Part shown: positions 52,324 through 64,000 of the stretch, in pieces
How the letters are laid out: each line of letters opens with the position of its first letter
Numbering within the stretch: the stretch's first letter is position 1
Assembly: GCF_050469745.1 (NCBI RefSeq)
Contig: NZ_CP174123.1
Coordinates: forward strand, 1-64,000
Length of the DNA: 64,000 nt
Source: Providencia lanzhouensis
Lineage (GTDB): Bacteria; Pseudomonadota; Gammaproteobacteria; Enterobacterales; Enterobacteriaceae
Direction: 5' to 3'
The notes under the pieces: model-generated
What the model saw: the letters and a program-made list of their open reading frames with translations, nothing else
Told to the model about the DNA's origin: nothing
The model's database searches: none
Translations under genes and position numbers: made by a program

Positions 52324-54156
52324 TTACTCAACAGTCACTGATTTTGCTAAGTTACGCGGCTGATCCACGTCAGTTCCTTTGATTAACGCAACATGGTAAG
52401 AGAGCAGTTGCAGAGGAACAGTGTAGAAAATTGGTGCGATTAACTCTTCCACATGCGGCAGGGGAACAATTTTCATGTTTTCACTTGCCACAAAACCAGC
52501 ATCTTGGTCAGCGAACACATACAGCAGACCACCACGCGCGCGAACTTCTTCAATGTTAGATTTCAGTTTTTCTAACAGTTCGTTGTTCGGAGCAACGATG
52601 ATAACTGGCATATCTGCATCAATTAACGCTAATGGTCCATGTTTTAATTCGCCCGCTGCATACGCTTCGGCGTGGATATACGAAATCTCTTTCAGTTTCA
52701 GTGCGCCTTCAACGGCGATAGGGAACTGATCACCACGACCTAAGAACAGTGCGTGGTTTTTGTCTGAGAAATCTTCAGCTAACGCTTCAATCACTTTGTC
52801 TTGAGACAGCATGCTTTCAATACGCGCAGGCAGTGCGTGAAGCGCATGAGCAATACGCTCTTCCAGTTCTGGGTTTGCCCCTTTCAGGCGTCCCATATAC
52901 GCCACCAGCATCAACAATACCGTTAACTGGGTTGTGAATGCTTTGGTGGAAGCAACGCCAATTTCCGCACCCGCTTTGGTCATCAGCGAAAACTCAGATT
53001 CGCGGACTAATGAAGATGCGCCAACGTTACAAATCGCCAGGGACGTTAAGTAACCCAGTTCTTTAGACAAGCGTAAAGCGGCTAAAGTATCTGCCGTTTC
53101 CCCTGATTGGGAAATGGTGATCATCAAGCTGCCTTTACGATGTGCCGGTTTACGGTAGCGGTATTCAGACGCAATTTCCACGTCACAAGGAATACCCGCC
53201 AATGATTCAAACCAGTAACGCGCAACCATACCAGCGTTGTACGAGGTTCCGCAGGCAACGATTTGGATATGGTCAACTTTGGACAGAATTTCGCTGGCTT
53301 TTGGACCTAACTCGCTAAGGTCGATACCATTATCTTGGTTAAAACGCCCTTCGAGGGTGTTTTTAATCGCCATTGGCTGTTCATAGATCTCTTTTTGCAT
53401 GTAATGGCGGTATGCGCCTTTATCACCTGCATCGTATTGAACATTCGATTCGATTTGCTCACGTTCAACTGGTGCGCCTTGCTTATCAAAAATACGCACA
53501 GTGCGACGAGTAACTTCCGCAATATCCCCTTCTTCTAAGTAGATAAAACGGCGAGTCACAGGCAATAATGCCAGTTGGTCAGAAGCTAAGAAGTTTTCGC
53601 CAACACCCAGACCGATAACCAACGGGCTACCTGAACGTGCTGCGACTAATAATTCTGGGTTGCGGCTATCCATAATTACGGTGCCATAAGCGCCACGTAA
53701 TTGTGGGATCACGCGCTGAACCACTTCCAGCAATGTGCCACCTTGCTGCTGTTCATGATGAACAAGGTGTGCAATCACTTCAGTGTCAGTGTCTGAACTA
53801 AAGATATAGCCAAGTTTTTTCAGCTCTTCTTTCAGTTCTAAATAGTTCTCAATAATTCCGTTATGAACAACGGCAATGTAACCCGAGGTATGAGGGTGAG
53901 CGTTACGCTCGCTTGGAATACCATGAGTCGCCCAGCGGGTATGCGCGATACCAGTTCCACCAGAAACCGGATTCTTTTCTGCTTCTTCCGCCAGCATTTG
54001 CACTTTACCGACTTCACGTAAGCGTTGCAGATGACCTTCGTGATCAACCACCGCCATACCCGCTGAGTCATAACCACGGTATTCTAAACGGCGAAGACCT
54101 TCTAACAGAATTTCCGCGATATCACGTTGTGCGACAGCACCAACAATTCCACACAT
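52324..54156 (-). CDS. glmS: Glutamine--fructose-6-phosphate aminotransferase
   Basis: 610 aa: [12 protein letters not shown]… with an N-terminal Ntn-glutaminase Cys and tandem SIS domains. The stop lies 25 bp before Tn7-R. Confidence 0.97.
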   Translation of the reverse strand: MCGIVGAVAQRDIAEILLEGLRRLEYRGYDSAGMAVVDHEGHLQRLREVGKVQMLAEEAEKNPVSGGTGIAHTRWATHGIPSERNAHPHTSGYIAVVHNGIIENYLELKEELKKLGYIFSSDTDTEVIAHLVHHEQQQGGTLLEVVQRVIPQLRGAYGTVIMDSRNPELLVAARSGSPLVIGLGVGENFLASDQLALLPVTRRFIYLEEGDIAEVTRRTVRIFDKQGAPVEREQIESNVQYDAGDKGAYRHYMQKEIYEQPMAIKNTLEGRFNQDNGIDLSELGPKASEILSKVDHIQIVACGTSYNAGMVARYWFESLAGIPCDVEIASEYRYRKPAHRKGSLMITISQSGETADTLAALRLSKELGYLTSLAICNVGASSLVRESEFSLMTKAGAEIGVASTKAFTTQLTVLLMLVAYMGRLKGANPELEERIAHALHALPARIESMLSQDKVIEALAEDFSDKNHALFLGRGDQFPIAVEGALKLKEISYIHAEAYAAGELKHGPLALIDADMPVIIVAPNNELLEKLKSNIEEVRARGGLLYVFADQDAGFVASENMKIVPLPHVEELIAPIFYTVPLQLLSYHVALIKGTDVDQPRNLAKSVTVE

Positions 54157-54417
54157 ATTAAGTTATTCCTAAATAAAGGGGTTATTCCCCTCTTATTGTC
54201 GCAACCTGATTATTGTTCAGCTTTCGCTGTTCCCCAGCCTTGTAGAAACGGGGAATTTTATTGTTTTGTTTGTTTGCTACTTTGTAGCGATTTTTATATT
54301 AAAAGATACTGACCGACATTGCTTAGACTGCTAATTCTTAGATAACTAATTCGTTCATAGCTAATCATAGGAGAGACTTGAATATCTCTCCTCTATATTT
54401 ACTTATGTTTTATTTAC

Positions 54418-55806
54418 TTATTTTTTCTTTACTGGGCGCTGCCAGTTTTTAATGTGTGTCTGTTTCACGCGGCTCACTACCAGCTCACCTTCGTTAATAT
54501 CACGAGTGACCGTGGTACCAGCGCCAATGGTTGCGCCATTAGCCACACACACAGGAGCAACTAACTGAGTGTCAGAGCCAACAAACACATCATCACCAAT
54601 AACCGTTTTAAATTTATTCACACCATCATAATTACAGGTGATCGTGCCCGCACCAATATTCACATTACTACCAATCTGAGCATCACCCAGATAGCTTAAG
54701 TGACCCGCTTTAGAGCCTAAGCCCAGCGTGGCATTTTTCATTTCAACAAAGTTACCCACATGGGATTTCGCTGCTAATTTAGCACCAGGGCGTAAACGAG
54801 CGAAAGGTCCAACAGTACATTCCGTGGATAATTCAGAATTTTCAATCACTGAGTATGGGCTGATAATTGAGTTATCGCCAATCACACAGTTTTTTAGTAC
54901 GCAGCCTGTTTGGATCTGAACGTTATTACCCAGCGTCACGTTACCTTCGATGATCACGTTGGTGTCGATCACCACATCGCGACCGTGAGTTAAGGTTCCG
55001 CGAATATCAAAACGCGCAGGATCAATCAACATCACACCCGCTAACAGTAATTTTTCAGCTTGTTCTTTTTGGTAGATGCGCTCTAACGCAGCTAATTGCA
55101 GACGGTTATTAACCCCTTCCATTTCACTGAGATGGCTTGGGTGAACGGTCGCAATTTTGTTACCTTCTTTATGAGCAAGAGCAATGATGTCGGTAATGTA
55201 GTATTCACCTTGGGCATTGTTATTGTTCAGTTGGCTCAGCCAGCGGTTAAAGTCTTTTCCGCTTGCAACCATAATACCGGTGTTGATTTCTTGGATTTTA
55301 CGCTGTTCTTCACTGGCATCTTTCTGTTCGATGATACCAACGACTTCGCCGTTTTCGCGGATAATGCGACCATAACCGGCTGGGTTATCTAGGATAACAG
55401 TGAGTAAGCCAATGCCGCCTTCTGGCTTAGCTTCTACCAGTCGTTGTAATGTGTCTTTAGCGATCAAAGGTACATCGCCATAAAGCATGACAATATCTTC
55501 ATCATCTTGGAAGTGAGGAGCGGCTTGCTGCATCGCGTGGCCAGTACCCAGTTGCTCTGCTTGCAGAACCCAATTGAGGTTTTGTTCACCCAGTTTTTCT
55601 TTCAGTAAATCACCGCCATGTCCGTATACCAGATGAATATCCGACGCACCGATTGATTTCGCTGTATCAATCACATGCTGAACCATTGGTTTACCTGCGA
55701 GTAAATGCAGAACTTTAGGTAAGTCTGAATACATCCGTGTGCCTTTACCGGCAGCTAAAATCACGACACTTTTTCTTTGCACAGTCATATTTTCCTGAAA
55801 CTCCAA
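54418..55806 (-). CDS. glmU: Bifunctional GlcNAc-1-P uridyltransferase / GlcN-1-P acetyltransferase
   Basis: 462-aa ORF matching E. coli GlmU as recalled (…[22 protein letters not shown]… with left-handed beta-helix hexapeptide repeats). The true start may be the Met at ORF residue 7. Confidence 0.95.
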   Translation of the reverse strand: MEFQENMTVQRKSVVILAAGKGTRMYSDLPKVLHLLAGKPMVQHVIDTAKSIGASDIHLVYGHGGDLLKEKLGEQNLNWVLQAEQLGTGHAMQQAAPHFQDDEDIVMLYGDVPLIAKDTLQRLVEAKPEGGIGLLTVILDNPAGYGRIIRENGEVVGIIEQKDASEEQRKIQEINTGIMVASGKDFNRWLSQLNNNNAQGEYYITDIIALAHKEGNKIATVHPSHLSEMEGVNNRLQLAALERIYQKEQAEKLLLAGVMLIDPARFDIRGTLTHGRDVVIDTNVIIEGNVTLGNNVQIQTGCVLKNCVIGDNSIISPYSVIENSELSTECTVGPFARLRPGAKLAAKSHVGNFVEMKNATLGLGSKAGHLSYLGDAQIGSNVNIGAGTITCNYDGVNKFKTVIGDDVFVGSDTQLVAPVCVANGATIGAGTTVTRDINEGELVVSRVKQTHIKNWQRPVKKK

Positions 55807-55863
55807 CTTTGGGGTGAAAGTAAACCTATTTCCTGTATAAATTACTACATATTTCGCACAAAT

Positions 55864-55898
55864 AAAAAAGCCAGTTAGTCAAACTAACTGGCTTTTTC
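55864..55898. terminator. Terminator after atpC
   Basis: Stem aaagccagttag / ctaactggcttt, flanked by A- and T-runs, 14 bp past the atpC stop. Confidence 0.7.
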
Positions 55899-55911
55899 TA
55901 TATTGCTATCA

Positions 55912-56337
55912 TTACATAAGCTTTTTAGTTAACTCGATAACTCGAAGTTTCGCTATTGCTTTTGCAAGTTCTGCTGATGCCTGAGCATAATCAACATCGC
56001 CGTGTGCTTTGCGGACATGTTCTTCCGCTTTGCGTTTAGCTTCCACTGCACGAGCTTCGTCTAAATCTTTACCACGGATCGCTGTATCAGCGAGTACGAT
56101 AACACCTGTTGGTTGAACTTCTAAAATACCGCCGGAGAGGTAAATTAGCTCTTCTTCACCAAACTGCTTCGTAATGCGTACCATGCCCGGTTTTATGGCA
56201 GTCAGCAGCGGGGTATGCTGCGGATAAATCCCCAACTCACCTTCACTACCTGTCACCTGAATTTTTTGTACTAAGCCTTCAAACATCTGTTTTTCCGCGC
56301 TTACTACTTTCAGGTAGTATGTCATTGCAGCTACCAT
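55912..56337 (-). CDS. atpC: ATP synthase F1 epsilon subunit
   Basis: Matches E. coli AtpC as recalled (…[35 protein letters not shown]…). Start is either the first or the second Met. Confidence 0.93.
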   Translation of the reverse strand: MVAAMTYYLKVVSAEKQMFEGLVQKIQVTGSEGELGIYPQHTPLLTAIKPGMVRITKQFGEEELIYLSGGILEVQPTGVIVLADTAIRGKDLDEARAVEAKRKAEEHVRKAHGDVDYAQASAELAKAIAKLRVIELTKKLM

Positions 56338-56358
56338 ATCAACCTCTCGTCAGATGGA

Positions 56359-57768
<1,410 letters not shown>

Positions 57769-57775
57769 CTAGCTG

Positions 57776-58639
57776 TTAAACCGCGGCAGCACCAGAAACG
57801 ATCTCGGTCAGTTCCTGAGTAATGCTGGCCTGACGAGCTTTGTTGTAAACCAACTGCAACTCTTTGATCAGGTTTCCACCGTTATCTGTAGCGGCTTTCA
57901 TCGCTACCATTCGAGCGGCCTGCTCACTAGCTAGGTTTTCAACGACGCCCTGATAAACCTGCGACTCGATATAACGACGCAGCAGGGTATCCAGCAACGC
58001 CTTAGGATCGGGTTCATATAAATAATCCCAAGATTTCTTCTTCAGTGTTTCGTCATCGCTTGCAGGCAATGGCAGTAACTGAAGAATCGTTGGCTCTTGA
58101 GACATTGTATTGACGAACTTGTTGTTCACCACATACAGTTTATCTAAACGCCCTTCATCATAGGCTTGTAGCATAGAGTTAACCGGGCCAATCAGGTCAG
58201 AAAGGGTCGGGTTATCCCCCATTCCGGTTACTTGTGAAACGACATTGCCGCCTACAGAACCGAAGAATGCTACCGCTTTAGAACCGATTAAAGCCAAATC
58301 AACCTGAACGTTTTTCTCAGACCACGTTTTCATATCTGCTAGCAGTTTTTTGAACAGGTTAACGTTCAAACCACCACACAGACCACGGTCTGTTGAAACA
58401 ACCAAATACCCGACGCGCTTAACTTCGCGCTCTTCGAGATATGGGTGTTTATATTCCAGATTACCTAATGCAAGGTGACCAATCACACTGCGCATGGTTT
58501 CTGCATAAGGACGGCTGGCCGCCATGCGTTCCTGCGTTTTACGCATTTTGGACGCCGCGACCATTTCCATCGCTTTAGTGATCTTCTGTGTGTTTTGCAC
58601 ACTTCCAATCTTGGAACGTATCTCTTTTGCGCCGGCCAT
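57776..58639 (-). CDS. atpG: ATP synthase F1 gamma subunit
   Basis: 287 aa starting [11 protein letters not shown]…. Confidence 0.95.
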   Translation of the reverse strand: MAGAKEIRSKIGSVQNTQKITKAMEMVAASKMRKTQERMAASRPYAETMRSVIGHLALGNLEYKHPYLEEREVKRVGYLVVSTDRGLCGGLNVNLFKKLLADMKTWSEKNVQVDLALIGSKAVAFFGSVGGNVVSQVTGMGDNPTLSDLIGPVNSMLQAYDEGRLDKLYVVNNKFVNTMSQEPTILQLLPLPASDDETLKKKSWDYLYEPDPKALLDTLLRRYIESQVYQGVVENLASEQAARMVAMKAATDNGGNLIKELQLVYNKARQASITQELTEIVSGAAAV

Positions 58640-58694
58640 TTCTGCTTCTCCTTATTAACCAGACGGCCCATAAAAATTCACGGGCCGAATAGTA

Positions 58695-60236
58695 TTACCA
58701 GGACTGGGTGGCTTTGAATGACTCGAGCAGTTTATTCAACTTAGCTTCGATATCATCGTTATATTTGCCCGCCAGACCAATTTCGTTCATAAGGTCAGCA
58801 TGCTCGCGCTGTGCAAATGAAACTAATGCAGCTTCGAATGCACCAATTTTTGCTAACTCAACATCGTCCAGATATCCACGTTCTGCAGCGAACAGAGACA
58901 GTGCCTGCTCTGCTACTGACATTGGTGCATACTGTTTCTGTTTCAGCAGTTCAGTTACTTTCTGACCGTGGCTCAACTGTTTACGAGTTGCGTCATCGAG
59001 GTCGGAAGCAAACTGAGCAAACGCTGCCAGTTCACGGTATTGAGCCAGTGCTGTACGGATACCACCAGACAGTTTCTTAATGATTTTAGTCTGAGCAGCA
59101 CCACCAACACGAGATACTGAAATACCTGGGTTAACCGCTGGACGAATACCAGAGTTAAACAGGTTAGATTCCAGGAAGATCTGACCATCAGTAATCGAAA
59201 TTACGTTTGTTGGTACGAATGCAGAAACGTCACCCGCTTGAGTTTCAATGATTGGCAGAGCAGTCAATGAACCAGTTTTACCTTTCACTTCACCTTTAGT
59301 GAATGCTTCTACGTAATCAGCGTTAACACGAGCAGCACGCTCAAGTAAACGGGAGTGCAGATAGAAAACATCACCTGGGTATGCTTCACGTCCTGGTGGA
59401 CGACGCAGCAACAGTGAAATTTGACGGTATGCGACAGCCTGTTTAGACAGGTCATCATAAACGATCAGAGCATCTTCACCGCGGTCACGGAAATATTCAC
59501 CCATCGCGCAACCAGAGTATGGTGCTAAGTATTGCAGTGCAGCTGATTCAGATGCAGTTGCAACAACAACGATAGTGTTTTCCAGTGCGCCGTGTTCTTC
59601 GAGTTTACGTACTACGTTAGAGATAGTTGATGCTTTCTGCCCGATAGCAACGTAAACACATTTGATGCCAGAATCACGCTGGTTGATGATTGCATCGATC
59701 GCCAGAGCTGTTTTACCAGTTTGACGGTCACCGATGACAAGCTCACGCTGGCCACGGCCGATTGGAATCATCGCATCGACTGATTTATAACCAGTCTGTA
59801 CAGGTTGATCAACTGATTGACGGTCGATAACACCCGGAGCAATAACTTCTACAGGAGAGAAGCCATCGTGCTCAACAGGACCTTTACCATCAATTGGTTG
59901 ACCCAGTGTATTCACTACACGTCCTAACAGGCCACGGCCTACTGGAACTTCAAGAATACGACCAGTACATTTAACTTTCATGCCTTCTGCTAAGTCAGCA
60001 TAAGGACCCATAACAACCGCACCAACAGAGTCACGCTCTAAGTTCAGTGCAATTGCGTAACGGTTGCCAGGCAGTGCGATCATTTCACCCTGCATGACTT
60101 CGGCTAAACCGTGAATACGAATGATACCGTCGTTAACGGAAACAATCGTACCTTCATTGTGAGCTTCACTCACAACATCGAACTGAGCAATACGCTGTTT
60201 GATCAGTTCGCTGATTTCGGTGGAATTCAGTTGCAT
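58695..60236 (-). CDS. atpA: ATP synthase F1 alpha subunit
   Basis: 513 aa: [16 protein letters not shown]… with the P-loop GDRQTGKT. Confidence 0.97.
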   Translation of the reverse strand: MQLNSTEISELIKQRIAQFDVVSEAHNEGTIVSVNDGIIRIHGLAEVMQGEMIALPGNRYAIALNLERDSVGAVVMGPYADLAEGMKVKCTGRILEVPVGRGLLGRVVNTLGQPIDGKGPVEHDGFSPVEVIAPGVIDRQSVDQPVQTGYKSVDAMIPIGRGQRELVIGDRQTGKTALAIDAIINQRDSGIKCVYVAIGQKASTISNVVRKLEEHGALENTIVVVATASESAALQYLAPYSGCAMGEYFRDRGEDALIVYDDLSKQAVAYRQISLLLRRPPGREAYPGDVFYLHSRLLERAARVNADYVEAFTKGEVKGKTGSLTALPIIETQAGDVSAFVPTNVISITDGQIFLESNLFNSGIRPAVNPGISVSRVGGAAQTKIIKKLSGGIRTALAQYRELAAFAQFASDLDDATRKQLSHGQKVTELLKQKQYAPMSVAEQALSLFAAERGYLDDVELAKIGAFEAALVSFAQREHADLMNEIGLAGKYNDDIEAKLNKLLESFKATQSW

Positions 60237-60250
60237 ATGCTCCAGTCCCC

Positions 60251-60784
60251 TTAAGACTGCAAGACGTCAGTTAAACGCTCTAAGCGACCGCGGACACTAC
60301 CGTCAATGACGAGGTCTCCCGCACGAATGATCACTCCAGCAATAACAGACTTGTCAATTTTGCAATTCAGCTTAACTTTGCGTGACAGACGTTTTTCCAT
60401 CGCGGCAGAAATTTTAGCTGACTGCTGTTCACTCAGTTCGTTCGCAGAAAGAACATCAACTTCAACAGTTGATTCCAGCGTATCGCGCAATTGGATAAAT
60501 TGAGCTAATACTTCTGGCATCGTTGTTAAACGACCGTTTTCCGCCATAACACGAATCAGATTTTGAACATGCTCGTCAATTTCATCTCCACAAACAGAGA
60601 TAAACGTTTTAGCTAATGTTTCTGGTGCAATAGAACCAGAAAGCAGCTCACCAACCTGTTCATTGCGCGTCACCTCAGAGGTGAAGGCCAGCATTTCCTG
60701 CCATTTAGCAACAGCTTGGTTTTCCACAGCAAAGTCAAAAGCTGCTTTGGCGTAGGGGCGAGCTACAGTAGCGATTTCAGACAT
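60251..60784 (-). CDS. atpH: ATP synthase F1 delta subunit
   Basis: 177 aa starting [19 protein letters not shown]…. Confidence 0.95.
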   Translation of the reverse strand: MSEIATVARPYAKAAFDFAVENQAVAKWQEMLAFTSEVTRNEQVGELLSGSIAPETLAKTFISVCGDEIDEHVQNLIRVMAENGRLTTMPEVLAQFIQLRDTLESTVEVDVLSANELSEQQSAKISAAMEKRLSRKVKLNCKIDKSVIAGVIIRAGDLVIDGSVRGRLERLTDVLQS

Positions 60785-60796
60785 GCCCCTCCCTCC

Positions 60797-61267
60797 TTAC
60801 AGTTCAGCGACTAGTTTATCAACGATGTCGCTGTTAGCAGCTTCATCCACGGAACGTTCGATGATCTTCTCGGCACCTGCGATAGCAAGCATCGCAACCT
60901 GTTTACGTAACTCTTCACGTGCACGTTTACGCTCAGCATCAATTTCAGCTTGCGCTTGTGCTACGATTTTTGCACGTTCTGCTTCTGCTTCCGCTTTAGC
61001 TTCATCAATCATTTGAGTGCGTTGTTTATTCGCTTGTTCAATGATGATTTGAGCTTCAGCTTTCGCTTTTTTCAGTCGGTCGGTTGCGTCGGTTTGCGCC
61101 AGTTCCAGGTTCTTTTTAGCACGTTCTGCGGAAGATAAACCGTCAGCAATTTCTTTTTGACGTTTTTCTATGGCCGCCATAATCGGTGGCCATACATACT
61201 TCATACAGAACAAAACAAACAGGACAAACGCGATAGCCTGGCCGAGGATTGTTGCATTTAGATTCAC
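60797..61267 (-). CDS. atpF: ATP synthase Fo subunit b
   Basis: The GTG start at 61267 gives [28 protein letters not shown]…, 156 aa, matching E. coli AtpF as recalled, with an SD aagagg 8 nt upstream. The ORF-track TTG start at 61273 is less likely. Confidence 0.9.
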   Translation of the reverse strand: MNLNATILGQAIAFVLFVLFCMKYVWPPIMAAIEKRQKEIADGLSSAERAKKNLELAQTDATDRLKKAKAEAQIIIEQANKQRTQMIDEAKAEAEAERAKIVAQAQAEIDAERKRAREELRKQVAMLAIAGAEKIIERSVDEAANSDIVDKLVAEL

Positions 61268-61324
61268 AGACAATACCTCTTATTTATTAGTTAGTTAATG
61301 TTCTTAATGTGTGCCGAACGTTAA

Positions 61325-61582
<258 letters not shown>

Positions 61583-61611
61583 TCAGTTAATACAATTATT
61601 GATTAATAAAA

Positions 61612-62463
<852 letters not shown>

Positions 62464-62838
62464 TTACCGTTTTACAACGGCTGGTGCAACAATCTGAACA
62501 ATCAGCACCGCTAAATAGGTCAAACCCAGTGGTGTTATTGACGCTTTAAACACACCAAAAGCAACAACTAAGACAGTAATAGTTGTCACAACCTTTAACC
62601 CTGCTCCTAATGCAAAGAACCAGGCAATGCGGACAGGTTCATCCTCTTCTTTTGCTTTTTCAAAGCGTGATAGCAGCATAAATACGATATTAGGTAACCA
62701 GCATGCTAACCCACCAGCAAGAGCAGAGGCCCCCCATTCTATACTATTTGCACAGAAAGCCCCACTGAGGATTACAAAAGTTATTAACTGAATAGACAGT
62801 TGCTTAGAAGCATTACTGCCATAAAGGGAAACAGACAT
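62464..62838 (-). CDS. atpI: ATP synthase protein I
   Basis: 124-aa hydrophobic protein at the head of the atp operon. Confidence 0.85.
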   Translation of the reverse strand: MSVSLYGSNASKQLSIQLITFVILSGAFCANSIEWGASALAGGLACWLPNIVFMLLSRFEKAKEEDEPVRIAWFFALGAGLKVVTTITVLVVAFGVFKASITPLGLTYLAVLIVQIVAPAVVKR

Positions 62839-63428
62839 AACTTTGTGTACTCCCAGCTCTCTCAGCCTAAGAAACGCTAAGGGTTGTAATAAAACTGCCT
62901 TTGCTTAAATGTGTCAAGAGACAAAAACGTGCAAATTATACGGGCAGGCGAAATGAATTCAATCAGTAAGTAGCGAAAAGGTGAATAAATATTTAATTTT
63001 TTCGAGATAGCGCAGAATTAAGACAGGTAGGATTAATAATTTATTAACGATTCGTCGCCTAAAAATAACTTTATGTGATTAAGATCACAACAAATCTTAA
63101 TCTCTTGATTAATAACCACACTCTTTATCCGGTTAGAACCCTATTTTTAAGCCATAAATCAAATAATTAAATTTGTTATTTTTTAGGCAAAAAAATGAAA
63201 AAATAATTTGGATATTTCATTATTAATGCTAAAACGATTTAGTAATAATATTAGATTAGGAATATTATTACGATTAATGTGATTATTTTTGATATATATT
63301 CGTTAATATTCTGTAAATAACAAGTGAATTTAAATTATCTTTATTTTAATTATATATAAAAATAGCCGTAACATTGTAAATGTACGGCTACCGCTCTAAA
63401 AGATAAAATAATTTTACTAGAAACTACG

Positions 63429-64000
63429 TTATTTTTTGAATAATTTAACCAAGTGACGCTGTTCGTCTAATTCTGGAATTTTTAGCTCTGTAATGGACTC
63501 AACTTCAAATCCTTCAGGTAGCTGTGTGAGTTCTTCGTTACGAACCACACCTTTTAACGCATAAAAGCGCCCTTCCCTTGCAGGAAGATGGTGGCACCAA
63601 CTCAGCATATCGTTGAGTGATGCAAAGGCTCTGCTAATTACGCCATCAAATCCATCTTCAACAGGGTACTCTTCCACTCGAGATTGAACTGGCTCAATGT
63701 TAGTTAGCCCTAACTCATGCTGAACCTGTTTTAGGAAGCGTATACGCTTCCCTAAGCTATCCAATAAAACAAAGTGAGCATCAGGTCGTACAATCGCTAA
63801 AGGTACGCCAGGAAGCCCTGGGCCCGTTCCTACATCGATAAACTTGTCACCCTTAAGGTGATCGTTCACCACGATGCTGTCCATGATGTGGCGAACTAAC
63901 ATTTGTTCCGGCTCACGTACCGACGTTAAATTGTACGCTTTATTCCATTTGTGCAATAAACCAACATAATCAACTAACTGCTGTTTTTGCTTGCCAGTCA
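63429..64000 (-). CDS. rsmG: 16S rRNA (guanine527-N7)-methyltransferase RsmG (GidB); N-terminus runs past the window edge
   Basis: …[31 protein letters not shown]…[42 protein letters not shown]… matches E. coli RsmG from residue ~30 onward. The reading frame continues to position 64000. Confidence 0.9.
   Translation of the reverse strand, partial: TGKQKQQLVDYVGLLHKWNKAYNLTSVREPEQMLVRHIMDSIVVNDHLKGDKFIDVGTGPGLPGVPLAIVRPDAHFVLLDSLGKRIRFLKQVQHELGLTNIEPVQSRVEEYPVEDGFDGVISRAFASLNDMLSWCHHLPAREGRFYALKGVVRNEELTQLPEGFEVESITELKIPELDEQRHLVKLFKK

Overview
The window is an origin-proximal chromosomal segment of an AT-rich enterobacterial genome, Morganellaceae-like in gene content, with Proteus as a guess. 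It runs from dnaA-dnaN-recF-gyrB at the left to glmU-glmS and the complete atpIBEFHAGDC operon plus rsmG at the right. A complete Tn7 transposon (38809..52298, 13,490 bp, 5-bp GCTGG target-site duplication) is inserted at the canonical attTn7 site 25 bp past the glmS stop codon, between glmS and its own terminator hairpin. It carries tnsABCDE, a class 2 integron with a nonsense-interrupted intI2 and a sat2-aadA1-orfX cassette array that precisely lacks the dfrA1 cassette, then ybfA/ybfB/ybgA and an IS256-family transposase remnant. The rest is chromosomal: a PAP2 acid-phosphatase autotransporter, asd, mdtL-yidZ, an unlisted Zur-boxed rpmJ2 (ykgO) gene, nagK, two MFS/regulator pairs, a rearranged ulaG-ulaR / ulaAB-ulaC-ulaD ascorbate locus, a kinase-like protein and an amidase-like protein in an AT-rich islet, and an anion permease. 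The best candidate for an undescribed system is the yqiJ(NfeD)-yqiK(flotillin) operon extended by a ~1,645-residue coiled-coil protein with a C-terminal MoxR-like AAA+ domain, split by one in-frame TAG, and a translationally coupled short rhomboid protease. That gene set parallels the mitochondrial SPFH-rhomboid-AAA (SLP2-PARL-YME1L) complex. Products were assigned from motifs I could read and from recalled similarity to E. coli K-12 proteins (DnaA, GyrB, Asd, MdtL, NagK, UlaD/G/R, GlmU, AtpB/C/F, RsmG) and to Tn7 proteins (IntI2, AadA1, Sat2, TnsA); no alignment was run, so these are approximate. No rRNA, tRNA or CRISPR array was seen.
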